Shown here: in pieces, positions 7,864 through 16,553 of the stretch
Numbering within the stretch: position 1 is the stretch's first letter
Layout of the letters: each line of letters opens with the position of its first letter
Source of the DNA: an uncultured Candidatus Actinomarina sp.
Lineage (GTDB): Bacteria > Actinomycetota > Acidimicrobiia > Actinomarinales > Actinomarinaceae
Direction of reading: 5' to 3'
Length of the DNA: 64,000 bases
Assembly (NCBI GenBank): GCA_902534495.1
Contig: CACAQC010000001.1
Location: 91,741-155,740, forward strand
Program-made: the position numbers and the translations under genes
The notes under the pieces: generated by a model
Told to the model about the DNA's origin: nothing
Database searches by the model: none
The model's input: the letters and a program-made list of their open reading frames with translations, nothing else

Positions 7864-10012
7864 ATTAAAAAGCCTTAAAGGTAATGATTACGTACTGCTT
7901 TTATCTGCTGGTGCTTCTTTAGGTACTTTATTTCTTTGGGGGGCAAGTTACATATTTCCTGAAGGAGAGATAGTTGAAGGCAGACGTGTTTTTGAAAATA
8001 TTCCCAAAGTTCTTCAATATGTATTTTACGTTTTAAGTGCCGCCACAATTTATCTTTCTGGTTATTTATTTTCTCTTCGGGTTAAAAACTGGACACGAGG
8101 AAAAGAAGAAAAACGAAATGTGCCATTTTCAAGTCGTCTTATAAGTTTTTTCGACGGAATTACAATGAGAACCGTACTTAGATTTAAAGCAGCTGGTTTG
8201 ATGCATTCATTAATTTATGTCGGCTTTTTAGGTTTGTTTGCTGGAACTTTAACTCTTGAAATCCATCACTTGTTACCTCCAAATCTTAAATTTCTTCAAG
8301 GGACAACATATATTGTTTATTCTTTTCTTTTAGAGCTTGCGACAATTGCTTATTTAGTAGGTCTCTTTTGGGCTTTAGCAAGAAGGCTAAGGGGTGCAGA
8401 GTATCGGATACAAACCAAAACTACAATGGATGATTATCTAACTTTGTCATTACTGATTTTTATTGGTGTATCGGGTATTACTACCGAAGCTGGAAGAATT
8501 GCTTTTGAAAACTTTCCTGACTATGAGAGATGGTCATTTATTGGATATTTTGTTGCGGATATTTTAAATTTATCAAAACCTCAACAATTTCATAGAATTT
8601 CTTGGGTTCTGCATGTTGTTTCATTTTTTGTGTTCCTAGTTGCTTTACCTCTTTCAAAACTGCGTCACATCATTACGTCTCCAATCAATATGTTCATGTC
8701 TCCCAAAGAAAGACACAAAGGAGCTATGAGAGACATTGGAAACTTATTAGAGGCAGATGACATTGATAACGTTGGAACTGAAATAATTGACCATTTTACC
8801 TGGAAGCAACTTATGGATTTAGATGCTTGTACAGTTTGCGGTAGGTGTACTTCAGTATGTCCAGCAAACCAGACAGGAAAATCACTTGATCCAAGAGAAA
8901 TAATTTTAAAAGTTGGACAGGTAATGTCAGAATCTGGAGAGCCTCCTGTTCCAGCCACAATTACAACGCCAGGACCCCTAAAAGTTAATTCATCAAATGT
9001 TTTTGAAAGAATAACTTCAGAAGAAGTATGGGCCTGCACCTCATGTAGAGCTTGTGATGAAATATGTCCTGTAAATATAGAAATTCTTGACAAGATTCTT
9101 GACATGAGAAGACACTTAGCGCTTATGGAATCAGACTTTCCATCAGAACTTGGCAAAGCTTATGTAGCAATGGAAAACTCATCAAACCCCTGGGGAGCAT
9201 CACAAAACGATCGCTTAAAGTGGACAGAAGATCTTGATTTCGAGGTACCAGTGATTGATGAATCAAACTTTGAAGAATACGATTATTTATATTGGATTGG
9301 ATGTGCAGGAGCATTTGATGATAGAAATGTACCAGTAACAAAAGCTGTTGCAACACTTCTAAAGCGAGCTGGAGTTTCTTATGCTGTATTAGGGCCCAAG
9401 GAAGTTTGTACAGGGGATTCCGCAAGAAGAACAGGAAATGAATTTGTTTTTCAGCAACTTGCAATACAAAACATTGAAAATATGAACAACCTAAAAGTAG
9501 ATAAAATTATTACACAATGTCCACATTGTTTTAACACTATAGCTAATGAGTATCCACAATTGGGTGGTGATTTTAAGGTTATTCACCATAGTCAATTATT
9601 AACAGAGCTTGTTCAGTCTGGGAGAATAGAAGTTGGAACAAGTGACAAGCCCTATAAAATTACATATCATGACTCATGTTATCTAGGTAGGCATAATGAT
9701 ATTTATACAGCACCAAGAGAAATTGTTGGCTCAATTGGTGGAATAGAGATTAGAGAAATGAAACGTCAAGGAACTCAAAGCTTTTGTTGCGGTGCTGGTG
9801 GTGGAAGAATGTGGATGGAAGAGTCTGTCGGCAAAAAAGTAAATATTGAAAGATCTCAAGAAGCAATTGAGACAGGTGCTGATGAAGTCGCAGTTGCTTG
9901 TCCATTTTGCTACATAATGATGGATGACGGCGTTAAAGAACTAGGTTACGGAGATAATGTAAGAGTCAGGGACGTTTCTCTAATACTCTTAGATAATTTA
10001 AAAAAAGACTAG
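7856..10012 (+). CDS. Membrane-anchored (Fe-S)-binding oxidoreductase, Hdr/DsrMK/GlpC-like (Rv0338c-type)
   Basis: The N-terminal ~270 aa are polytopic. They are followed by two ferredoxin motifs (CTVCGRCTSVCP, CTSCRACDEICP) and two cysteine-rich CCG-type domains (CAGAFD...CPHCFN; CYLGRH...CCGAGGG...CPFCY). Confidence 0.85.
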   Translation: MNKLKSLKGNDYVLLLSAGASLGTLFLWGASYIFPEGEIVEGRRVFENIPKVLQYVFYVLSAATIYLSGYLFSLRVKNWTRGKEEKRNVPFSSRLISFFDGITMRTVLRFKAAGLMHSLIYVGFLGLFAGTLTLEIHHLLPPNLKFLQGTTYIVYSFLLELATIAYLVGLFWALARRLRGAEYRIQTKTTMDDYLTLSLLIFIGVSGITTEAGRIAFENFPDYERWSFIGYFVADILNLSKPQQFHRISWVLHVVSFFVFLVALPLSKLRHIITSPINMFMSPKERHKGAMRDIGNLLEADDIDNVGTEIIDHFTWKQLMDLDACTVCGRCTSVCPANQTGKSLDPREIILKVGQVMSESGEPPVPATITTPGPLKVNSSNVFERITSEEVWACTSCRACDEICPVNIEILDKILDMRRHLALMESDFPSELGKAYVAMENSSNPWGASQNDRLKWTEDLDFEVPVIDESNFEEYDYLYWIGCAGAFDDRNVPVTKAVATLLKRAGVSYAVLGPKEVCTGDSARRTGNEFVFQQLAIQNIENMNNLKVDKIITQCPHCFNTIANEYPQLGGDFKVIHHSQLLTELVQSGRIEVGTSDKPYKITYHDSCYLGRHNDIYTAPREIVGSIGGIEIREMKRQGTQSFCCGAGGGRMWMEESVGKKVNIERSQEAIETGADEVAVACPFCYIMMDDGVKELGYGDNVRVRDVSLILLDNLKKD

Positions 10013-10326
10013 GAATTTTTCCCCATAAAAAAATGTACAATATTTCCTCTTGATTTATTTATACTGTAGATTAAATAAATTGCGGTAGTGAGGTTGCCTA
10101 AAATTAAAACAAAAAATGACCATATAATTGCTGCAGGCAACGACTCTTTATAAATTATCCATATGCAAATTAGGATAAATCCACTATAAAGATCTACAAG
10201 AGAAACTATACCCCATGGTAAATCTGGAATAGGTGAGTCAAATAAAGAGACTTGATTTTGTGCCCAAATTATTACTCCTATCATTGCGACACTTATAACG
10301 TATGAAATTAATTTTGTTATAGTCAT
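10009..10326 (-). CDS. Small integral membrane protein (about 3 TM), unknown function
   Basis: 105 aa and strongly hydrophobic. It has a 4-nt convergent overlap with the Fe-S oxidoreductase gene. Confidence 0.5.
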   Translation of the reverse strand: MTITKLISYVISVAMIGVIIWAQNQVSLFDSPIPDLPWGIVSLVDLYSGFILICIWIIYKESLPAAIIWSFFVLILGNLTTAIYLIYSINKSRGNIVHFFMGKNS

Positions 10327-10356
10327 TAAGTAGATTTTAAATAAATCAAAAAAAAA

Positions 10357-10971
10357 ATGAATGATAAAAATATAATATTACGCATATTACGTCTTGATAA
10401 AGAAATTTATAACGAGCTATTAGTTCAAAAAGGATCTTTTCAAAAGTCTATTGCAATCTTTGTAAGTACGACAATTCTAATCACTATGAGTGGCTTCAGG
10501 TTTATTTCAGGGTTATTAGATTATTTACAAGAAAACTTAATTTTGTTTCAACAGGAATTTTCTCCAGAAGAATTTAATATGTTTAAGTCATTAATTGAAG
10601 AGTTACAAACTTTCATTAATTCATCAAGCACTGTTTCTTCATTATTTTCTTCCTCCTTTTCATCTTTTGTTTCTACGGTCATAGGACTAGTAATAATTTA
10701 CTTATTATTAAAGTTTCTTTTCAGAAAAGATCCTATGCCTAAAGAATTGTTAACTATAAACTTTTTTGCTTCAACCCCATGTTTGTTTGTCGCCCCCGCT
10801 CTTTTTGTCTCATCAATTTTTTTACAGGGTCTCTTAGTTTTAATTGTTTCAATATATTCAATTATTTCTTTTGGCTCAGGATTGAAACAAGTTTATCTAT
10901 TAAGAAACATTGAAGTTGTACTATTAATTGTTTCATTAACTTTTGGCACTAGTATTTTAGGCGGTGTATAA
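10357..10971 (+). CDS. Polytopic membrane protein, possibly Yip1-domain-like
   Basis: 204 aa with a soluble N-terminus followed by 4-5 hydrophobic helices. The family call is weak. Confidence 0.45.
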   Translation: MNDKNIILRILRLDKEIYNELLVQKGSFQKSIAIFVSTTILITMSGFRFISGLLDYLQENLILFQQEFSPEEFNMFKSLIEELQTFINSSSTVSSLFSSSFSSFVSTVIGLVIIYLLLKFLFRKDPMPKELLTINFFASTPCLFVAPALFVSSIFLQGLLVLIVSIYSIISFGSGLKQVYLLRNIEVVLLIVSLTFGTSILGGV

Positions 10972-10973
10972 CA

Positions 10974-11570
10974 ATGGATGCAGGAGTGATTCTCTCAGCT
11001 GGAGACTCAACAAGAATGGGGTTTCCTAAGCAACTTGCTGAAATTAAAGACAAACCACTGTTAGAACTTATAATTGAAAAAGTAAACTCCAATTTTGAAT
11101 TATCAACTGTAGTTCTGGGATACGAAAATGAGTTGATTCAAGAAAAAATAAATTTTTATAATTCAAATATTTTGATAAACGAAAATTGGGAAGAAGGAAT
11201 CGTTTCATCTATAAGAACGGCTTTATTTTTTTACCAAGAACAAAAACAAATAGAAAATCTCATATTTTTTTTAGGAGATCAACCCGAAGTTAAAGATGAA
11301 GTTATTTTTAAACTACTTAACAATGAATCGCATAATTCAAAAATTTTAATTCCTCAGTATAGATACAAATTAGGTTTTCCAATTTTAATTCCTCGTCAAT
11401 TTTGGTCAAAATTAGAATTGTTGACACAAAATGACACTGATGAGTTTCAAATATCTGTATACAAAGATTTCAATTTAATCGATTATTTAATTTCATCTGA
11501 AGTAAAAATTGAAAAAATTAATTTTAATTTTCTTGGTCCAACAGATTATGACGAAGAAAAAGACTTTTGA
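10974..11570 (+). CDS. MobA/MocA-like nucleotidyltransferase (NTP_transf_3)
   Basis: N-terminal GVILSAGDSTRMGFPKQL and internal FFLGDQPEV match the molybdenum-cofactor cytidylyl/guanylyl-transferase-like family. Confidence 0.7.
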   Translation: MDAGVILSAGDSTRMGFPKQLAEIKDKPLLELIIEKVNSNFELSTVVLGYENELIQEKINFYNSNILINENWEEGIVSSIRTALFFYQEQKQIENLIFFLGDQPEVKDEVIFKLLNNESHNSKILIPQYRYKLGFPILIPRQFWSKLELLTQNDTDEFQISVYKDFNLIDYLISSEVKIEKINFNFLGPTDYDEEKDF

Positions 11571-11632
11571 GAGTGGGAAAATCTCTTAAAAAAAAACGAC
11601 TGTTAATAAAATAATTTTGTAAAATCAAAAAC

Positions 11633-12037
11633 ATGAATTCAATTGATTCGATAAATGGTATGACCCATACTGAGGCCACGAAATTAAGAAGAGCAAGAGT
11701 TAGAACAACAACAACATTCCTTCAAATAGCTTCATCAAGATCAGGGAGGGCTTTATTGACAAAAGAAACTGGTATTAGTTCTCCGAAGCTTCTTCATTGG
11801 GCAAAGAGAGCTGAATTGATGAAGATAAAAAATCTTGGCAAAGACTATGCTGATTTACTTGAAGCAGTTGGTGTTGAAAGTGTTTCAGAACTTAGAAGAC
11901 GAAACCCTGAATCATTACATGAATTAATGCAAAAAATAAACATAAAAGCCAAAATTGTTGAAAGAATGCCTTCAATTAAAAGAGTCAATAGATGGATTGA
12001 AGAATCCCAGCTTATAGAAATTAAGGTTTCTTCTTAA
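11633..12037 (+). CDS. DUF4332 domain protein
   Basis: ISSPKLLHWAKRAELMKIKNLGKDYADLLEAVGVESVSELRRRNPESLHELM closely follows the DUF4332 consensus as I recall it from cyanobacterial members. Confidence 0.75.
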   Translation: MNSIDSINGMTHTEATKLRRARVRTTTTFLQIASSRSGRALLTKETGISSPKLLHWAKRAELMKIKNLGKDYADLLEAVGVESVSELRRRNPESLHELMQKINIKAKIVERMPSIKRVNRWIEESQLIEIKVSS

Positions 12038-12063
12038 TAACAATAAGAACCTATCATTAAAGT

Positions 12064-13770
12064 GTGAATAAAAAAACTATAAGAATAACTGGCGCCCAGT
12101 GCTCTTTTTCAGTGGGTTCGATTCAAGAAAATAAAGAAACTATATTAAATTGCTTTGAAGAGGCTGAATCAGTTGAATCAGACATAGTTATTTTTCCTGA
12201 GCTCGCAATCACAGGCTATCCACCAGAGGATTTATTGCTTCGTGAAAGTTTTATCGGTAAAAATTTCGCAGTTTTAGAGGAAATTGCTGCTTTTTCATCA
12301 CTTACGAGTGGAGTTATTGGATTTGTTGATAGAAAGAGTGATCATAACAACCAGGACAATAATAAACGTACTATAGCTAATGCTGCTGCAATTGTTCAGA
12401 ATGGTGATGTTAGAGGAATTTACCATAAATCATTTCTCCCAAACTACTCTGTTTTTGATGAAGCTAGATACTTTTCTAAAGGCACTCAGGCAGATACATT
12501 ATTTTGGTACGACGATATTGCAATTGGGATAAATATTTGTGAAGACATTTGGATTGAAAATGGTCCAGCAGAAGAGCAAGTTAAACAAGGAGCATCACTC
12601 ATCATTAATATCAATGCGTCACCTTACGATATTCAAAAAAACGAGACACGAAAAGAAATAGTTATGAAAAAAGCGTTAAAACTTAACGTACCCATAATTT
12701 ATTTGAATATGGTAGGCGGTCAAGACGAACTTGTATTCGATGGAGGTTCATTTGTTGTAGATGACCTCGGTGAAATTATTTATCAGGCTTCGAGTTTTAA
12801 AGAAGAAGTGTTTCATTTAGATATAGATCTTAAAATTAAAAAGCAGAATGATAAACCTTCATTATTAATAAGACCTAAAACAATTGAGTTGAAGGATATT
12901 AAAAGTAAACCTTCTATGAGTGAGAATGAATCTATTTATTCTGCATTAAAATTGGGACTTTTAGATTATGTCAGTAAAAATAAATTTACAAAAGTTTTAA
13001 TAGGTATTTCAGGAGGAATTGACTCTGCATTGACTGCTGCAATTTGTGTGGACGCTTTGGGTGCACAAAATGTAATTGGAGTAGCTATGCCATCTAAATA
13101 CAACTCCAAAGATTCATTAGATGATGCAATTAAATTGTCAACCAATTTGGGAATCAAACTAAAAACAATTGAAATTGAGACAATAGTAGATAATTTTAGA
13201 GAAACTCTAAAGAATTCTCTCAACGAAGAACTAGGGCAAATAACCGATGAAAATATTCAATCAAGGGTCAGAGGCAATATTTTAATGGGGTTGTCAAACC
13301 AAACTGGTGCAATGGTTGTTTCAACAGGAAATAAATCAGAAATGGCGGTTGGTTACTCTACTCTTTACGGTGACCTTGCTGGTGGATTTGCTTTGATAAA
13401 GGATTTATATAAAAGTAAAGTATATGAATTATCAAATTATAGAAATTCAATTTCTGAAGTTATACCAAAAGATATAATTACTAAAGAACCTAGCGCAGAA
13501 CTTCGCCCAAACCAGCTTGATACTGATTCGCTACCAGATTATGTAGTACTTGATAAAATATTAAATCTTTATATCGAGCAAGACAGTTCATCTGAAAAAA
13601 TTATTGCTACAGGAATACAACCTGATTTAGTATACGATGTTCTTGAAAAAGTAGATAGAAATGAGTACAAAAGAAAACAAGTTGCCCCTGGCGTAAAACT
13701 CACACAGAAAGCCTTTGGAAAAGACAGAAGAATGCCCATAACAAACACTTACATAAGACAAAAGGAATAA
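12064..13770 (+). CDS. nadE: Glutamine-dependent NAD+ synthetase
   Basis: GTG start. It has an N-terminal CN-hydrolase domain (FPELAITGYPPEDL, NICEDIW) and a C-terminal PP-loop (ISGGIDSA). Confidence 0.9.
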   Translation: MNKKTIRITGAQCSFSVGSIQENKETILNCFEEAESVESDIVIFPELAITGYPPEDLLLRESFIGKNFAVLEEIAAFSSLTSGVIGFVDRKSDHNNQDNNKRTIANAAAIVQNGDVRGIYHKSFLPNYSVFDEARYFSKGTQADTLFWYDDIAIGINICEDIWIENGPAEEQVKQGASLIININASPYDIQKNETRKEIVMKKALKLNVPIIYLNMVGGQDELVFDGGSFVVDDLGEIIYQASSFKEEVFHLDIDLKIKKQNDKPSLLIRPKTIELKDIKSKPSMSENESIYSALKLGLLDYVSKNKFTKVLIGISGGIDSALTAAICVDALGAQNVIGVAMPSKYNSKDSLDDAIKLSTNLGIKLKTIEIETIVDNFRETLKNSLNEELGQITDENIQSRVRGNILMGLSNQTGAMVVSTGNKSEMAVGYSTLYGDLAGGFALIKDLYKSKVYELSNYRNSISEVIPKDIITKEPSAELRPNQLDTDSLPDYVVLDKILNLYIEQDSSSEKIIATGIQPDLVYDVLEKVDRNEYKRKQVAPGVKLTQKAFGKDRRMPITNTYIRQKE

Positions 13771-13771
13771 A

Positions 13772-14587
13772 ATGTACTTGATTGATGGCATCGAAGTTGA
13801 AAAAAAAGATTTCATACTACCAGTAGAAAATATTGGAGTGTGGAGAGGCGATGGAATTTTTGAAGCAATTAGAATTCATGAAGGCTACCCGTTTGGTATA
13901 GATTTACACATTGAAAGATTTAAAAAATCGGCATCTAAGGTATTTTTCGACAATATAAATTTTGAAAAAATTAAAAGAGATATTTTGCTGGTCGCAGAAA
14001 ATTTTCATAATGGTTATGTCAGGACATTGATTTTAAGAAATGAAAAAGATACATTTAATGTTTATTGCTTTTATCAGCCACCGATAAAACTTCCAAGAAA
14101 TTTTACTCTGCAAACTCAAAAAGCATACTGGCAAGGTGGTGGAGATTTCTTAGAACAGGATGTATTTAATATTGGTACAAAATCTACATCATATGCAATG
14201 AATATCAGTCACACAAGACTTGCCGAGTCAAATGGATATACAGACGCCTTACTAGTTAACAGAGAAAACATTATTCTTGAAGGTCCTACTTGGACGTTTG
14301 GATGGATATTGAACGATAAAATACACATACCTGATCTAGAGCTTGGAATCCTTGATTCAATAACTCGTAAATATTTACTTCGTTTTGGTGAGGAAAAAAA
14401 GTTAGATGTATCCATCGGGCGTCTTGCTAAAGATGAATTAGAAAATATACAATGTGGATTTGTATTATCAACTGCAAAACATGCAGTACCCGTAACTAAA
14501 ATAAACGAAATAGAGTACTCTCAGCATCCTTTGATTAATGAGATTCAAAAAACGTTTAAAGACGAAGTAAATAAAGAGCGTTCTTAA
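13772..14587 (+). CDS. Class IV aminotransferase (BCAT / aminodeoxychorismate-lyase family)
   Basis: 271 aa with fold-type IV features (RGDGIFEAIRI, ILEGPTWTFGW, GILDSITR). Confidence 0.7.
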   Translation: MYLIDGIEVEKKDFILPVENIGVWRGDGIFEAIRIHEGYPFGIDLHIERFKKSASKVFFDNINFEKIKRDILLVAENFHNGYVRTLILRNEKDTFNVYCFYQPPIKLPRNFTLQTQKAYWQGGGDFLEQDVFNIGTKSTSYAMNISHTRLAESNGYTDALLVNRENIILEGPTWTFGWILNDKIHIPDLELGILDSITRKYLLRFGEEKKLDVSIGRLAKDELENIQCGFVLSTAKHAVPVTKINEIEYSQHPLINEIQKTFKDEVNKERS

Positions 14588-14598
14588 AAGGAGGTGTG

Positions 14599-15639
14599 AT
14601 GAGATTAACAGAGTACTCACATGGTGCCGGTTGAGCATGTAAACTCTCACAAAAAGAGCTTGCTCAGGTACTGACGCATTTTAAACAACAAAATAATTCA
14701 GACACTTCAAAAATCTTAGTTGGATTAGATTCGCCTGACGACGGGGGTGTAATTGATATTGGTAATGGAATCAAATTAGTCCAAACCGTCGATTTTTTTA
14801 CACCAATATTAGACAACCCTTTCGATTGGGGAAAAGTTGCAGCTGCGAATGCATTGTCTGATATTTATGCAATGGGTGGAACTCCTGTATCCTCTTTACA
14901 ACTTGTTTCATGGCCAAGAGATGATTTAAGTTTCGAAATACTATCAGAGGTTTTAAAAGGTGGCTTGGAAATCATGCAGAGTGCTGGATGTAACATAATT
15001 GGAGGACACAGCATCGATGATAAAGAGCCCAAGTATGGTTTTGCAGTAACGGGAATAATTAATGAAGTTATCTATAAAAAAAGAAACCTTCAAGTTGGTG
15101 ATAAACTTTTTTTAACAAAACCTCTAGGTTCTGGAATTATCTCTTCTGCAATAAAAAAAAATATAGCGAGTGAAAAATCGATATCTGAAGTAACAAAAGT
15201 AATGTCAACATTGAATGACAAAGCACTTGAAGTTGCCAAAGAATTAAATGCAAATGCTATTACAGACGTGACAGGTTTTGGACTATTGGGACACCTAATT
15301 GAAATGGTTGGAGATTCAAGTGTGACAGTAAATATTTATTTGGAAAATGTACCTGTCATTGAGTTCGCAAAGGAATATTTTAACAATGGTATTTATCCCT
15401 CAGGTTCGAAAAGAAATTTTGATGCTGCCAGAGAAAATACAAACTATGACATTGATCAAGAATATTTTGTTAAAATTTTGTCAGATGCTCAAACAAGCGG
15501 AGGGTTACTGTTCTCAGCACCAAGTGATGATTCAATAAATATAGATGATATATGCAAAAGATTCGGAGTAAAAATTTGGGAAATTGGAGATATTGTTTCT
15601 AAATATAAAAATAAAGTCAATATCATTAAAGACAAATGA
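14599..15639 (+). CDS. selD: Selenide, water dikinase (selenophosphate synthetase), Sec-containing: in-frame TGA at 14632-14634
   Basis: ATG at 14599 follows AAAGGAGG. The translation MRLTEYSHGAG-[TGA]-ACKLSQKELAQVL...VIDIGNGIKLVQTVDFFTPILDNPFDWGKVAAANALSDIYAMGGTP is in the same frame as, and continuous with, track ORF 14854..15639. There are no other stops. The TGA sits at the SelD catalytic Cys/Sec position (E. coli ...YSHGAGCGCK). Confidence 0.85.
14632..14666 (+). other. Candidate bacterial SECIS hairpin starting at the UGA
   Basis: TGAGCA (14632-37) pairs with TGCTCA (14661-66). The upper stem is CTCT (14644-47) with AGAG (14555+100 region, 14655-58), plus an A42-T60 pair, around a 7-nt loop CACAAAA. 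I folded this by eye only. Confidence 0.4.
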
Positions 15640-16553
15640 TTAAAACAATAACTAAATTTTTTGCTGTCGCAACTATCTTGAAAAACTTGCTTGAAACAAA
15701 AAAAGGGGATATTACTGGTAATACTCAAATTCACCCGAGCAAGTTTCCTGGAAGAACTATTTTTGTTAGGGAAAAGGAATATTTTATCAGAGAGTCCTAT
15801 GTTAACGGCACAGTTCCAATTGTTTTTTTACACAGTTGGGGAACTGACTCATTGGGTAGTTGGTTTAAAATTCTACCAAAAATAAAATCTTCGTTTATCG
15901 CAATTGATTTAAGAAATCATGGAAAATCGGACTCCAGTTGGAAAAGATGGGATGTAGACGAAAATGCTGATCTAGTTATAAGTATATTAAATCAACTTAA
16001 TATAGAAAAGTGTGATGTAGTTGGCTGGTCCATGGGTAGTGCTGTTGGCATGTCTGTTGCTAGAAAAAAAGAATCTTTAGTTAGGAAATTAATTTTGATA
16101 ACTCCATTCAGCTGGTTAGGAGGAGCTGTTTATAATGAAAAAACTGCGTTCAAGGTATTTGTAAGTTTTGTCAGAATTCGAGAAAGGCTTTTTCCAAATT
16201 TTAATCCTCAATCGAAATTTTCATTTTTAAGGAAATCACAATCTATTGAGGATGAGTATACAGAATGGGCTTGGAACAATTTTCATAGATCAAAGGATGA
16301 TTTTATATATAGTGACGGTGGAAGATTTGTTGTACCTTATGATGCAAGACCTTGGATCTCAGAAATACAGTCTGAAACACTAGTTATAACTGGAGGTAAA
16401 GACAAGTTAGTCCCTGAAGAAACATCCAATGAAGTAATAAACCTTTTAGATAATGTAAAATCAAAAGTTATTATTGAAGCTGGCCATTCTGTACCATGGA
16501 CTCATTCAGATGAACTATTGGAAGAGATTAATAGCTTCTTAAACGATGAATAA
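15636..16553 (+). CDS. Alpha/beta-fold hydrolase
   Basis: HG-type oxyanion motif FLHSWG, nucleophile elbow GWSMGS and a C-terminal EAGHSVPW histidine. It has a 4-nt ATGA overlap with the selD stop. Confidence 0.75.
   Translation: MIKTITKFFAVATILKNLLETKKGDITGNTQIHPSKFPGRTIFVREKEYFIRESYVNGTVPIVFLHSWGTDSLGSWFKILPKIKSSFIAIDLRNHGKSDSSWKRWDVDENADLVISILNQLNIEKCDVVGWSMGSAVGMSVARKKESLVRKLILITPFSWLGGAVYNEKTAFKVFVSFVRIRERLFPNFNPQSKFSFLRKSQSIEDEYTEWAWNNFHRSKDDFIYSDGGRFVVPYDARPWISEIQSETLVITGGKDKLVPEETSNEVINLLDNVKSKVIIEAGHSVPWTHSDELLEEINSFLNDE

Noticed and set aside
8665-9464. Antisense ORFs of 163 aa and 113 aa inside the Fe-S oxidoreductase gene. Similar shadow ORFs occur at 763-1020, 3693-4037, 5174-5674, 33034-33399, 50570-50905, 53659-54000 and 54827-55219.
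   Set aside because: They lie entirely within, and opposite to, genes with unambiguous family signatures. Their translations are low-complexity or Ser/Pro/Leu-rich with no motifs. These are typical shadow ORFs of the less AT-rich genes.
14854-15639. Track ORF starting at Met 14854, read as the whole selD gene; alternatively, selD as a pseudogene broken by a nonsense TGA.
   Set aside because: The 255 nt upstream are open in the same frame and encode the conserved SelD N-terminus. The only stop is a TGA at exactly the catalytic Cys/Sec codon. A tRNA-Sec is present in the window and a strong SD precedes ATG 14599. Sec recoding is the more parsimonious reading.
10974-15639. MobA/MocA-like nucleotidyltransferase about 3 kb upstream of selD, considered as evidence for the selenium-dependent molybdenum hydroxylase trait (yqeB/yqeC type).
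   Set aside because: No YqeB/YqeC-like, XdhC-like or molybdenum hydroxylase genes are in the window. The intervening genes (DUF4332, nadE, aminotransferase) are unrelated. Proximity is not meaningful in a genome this dense.
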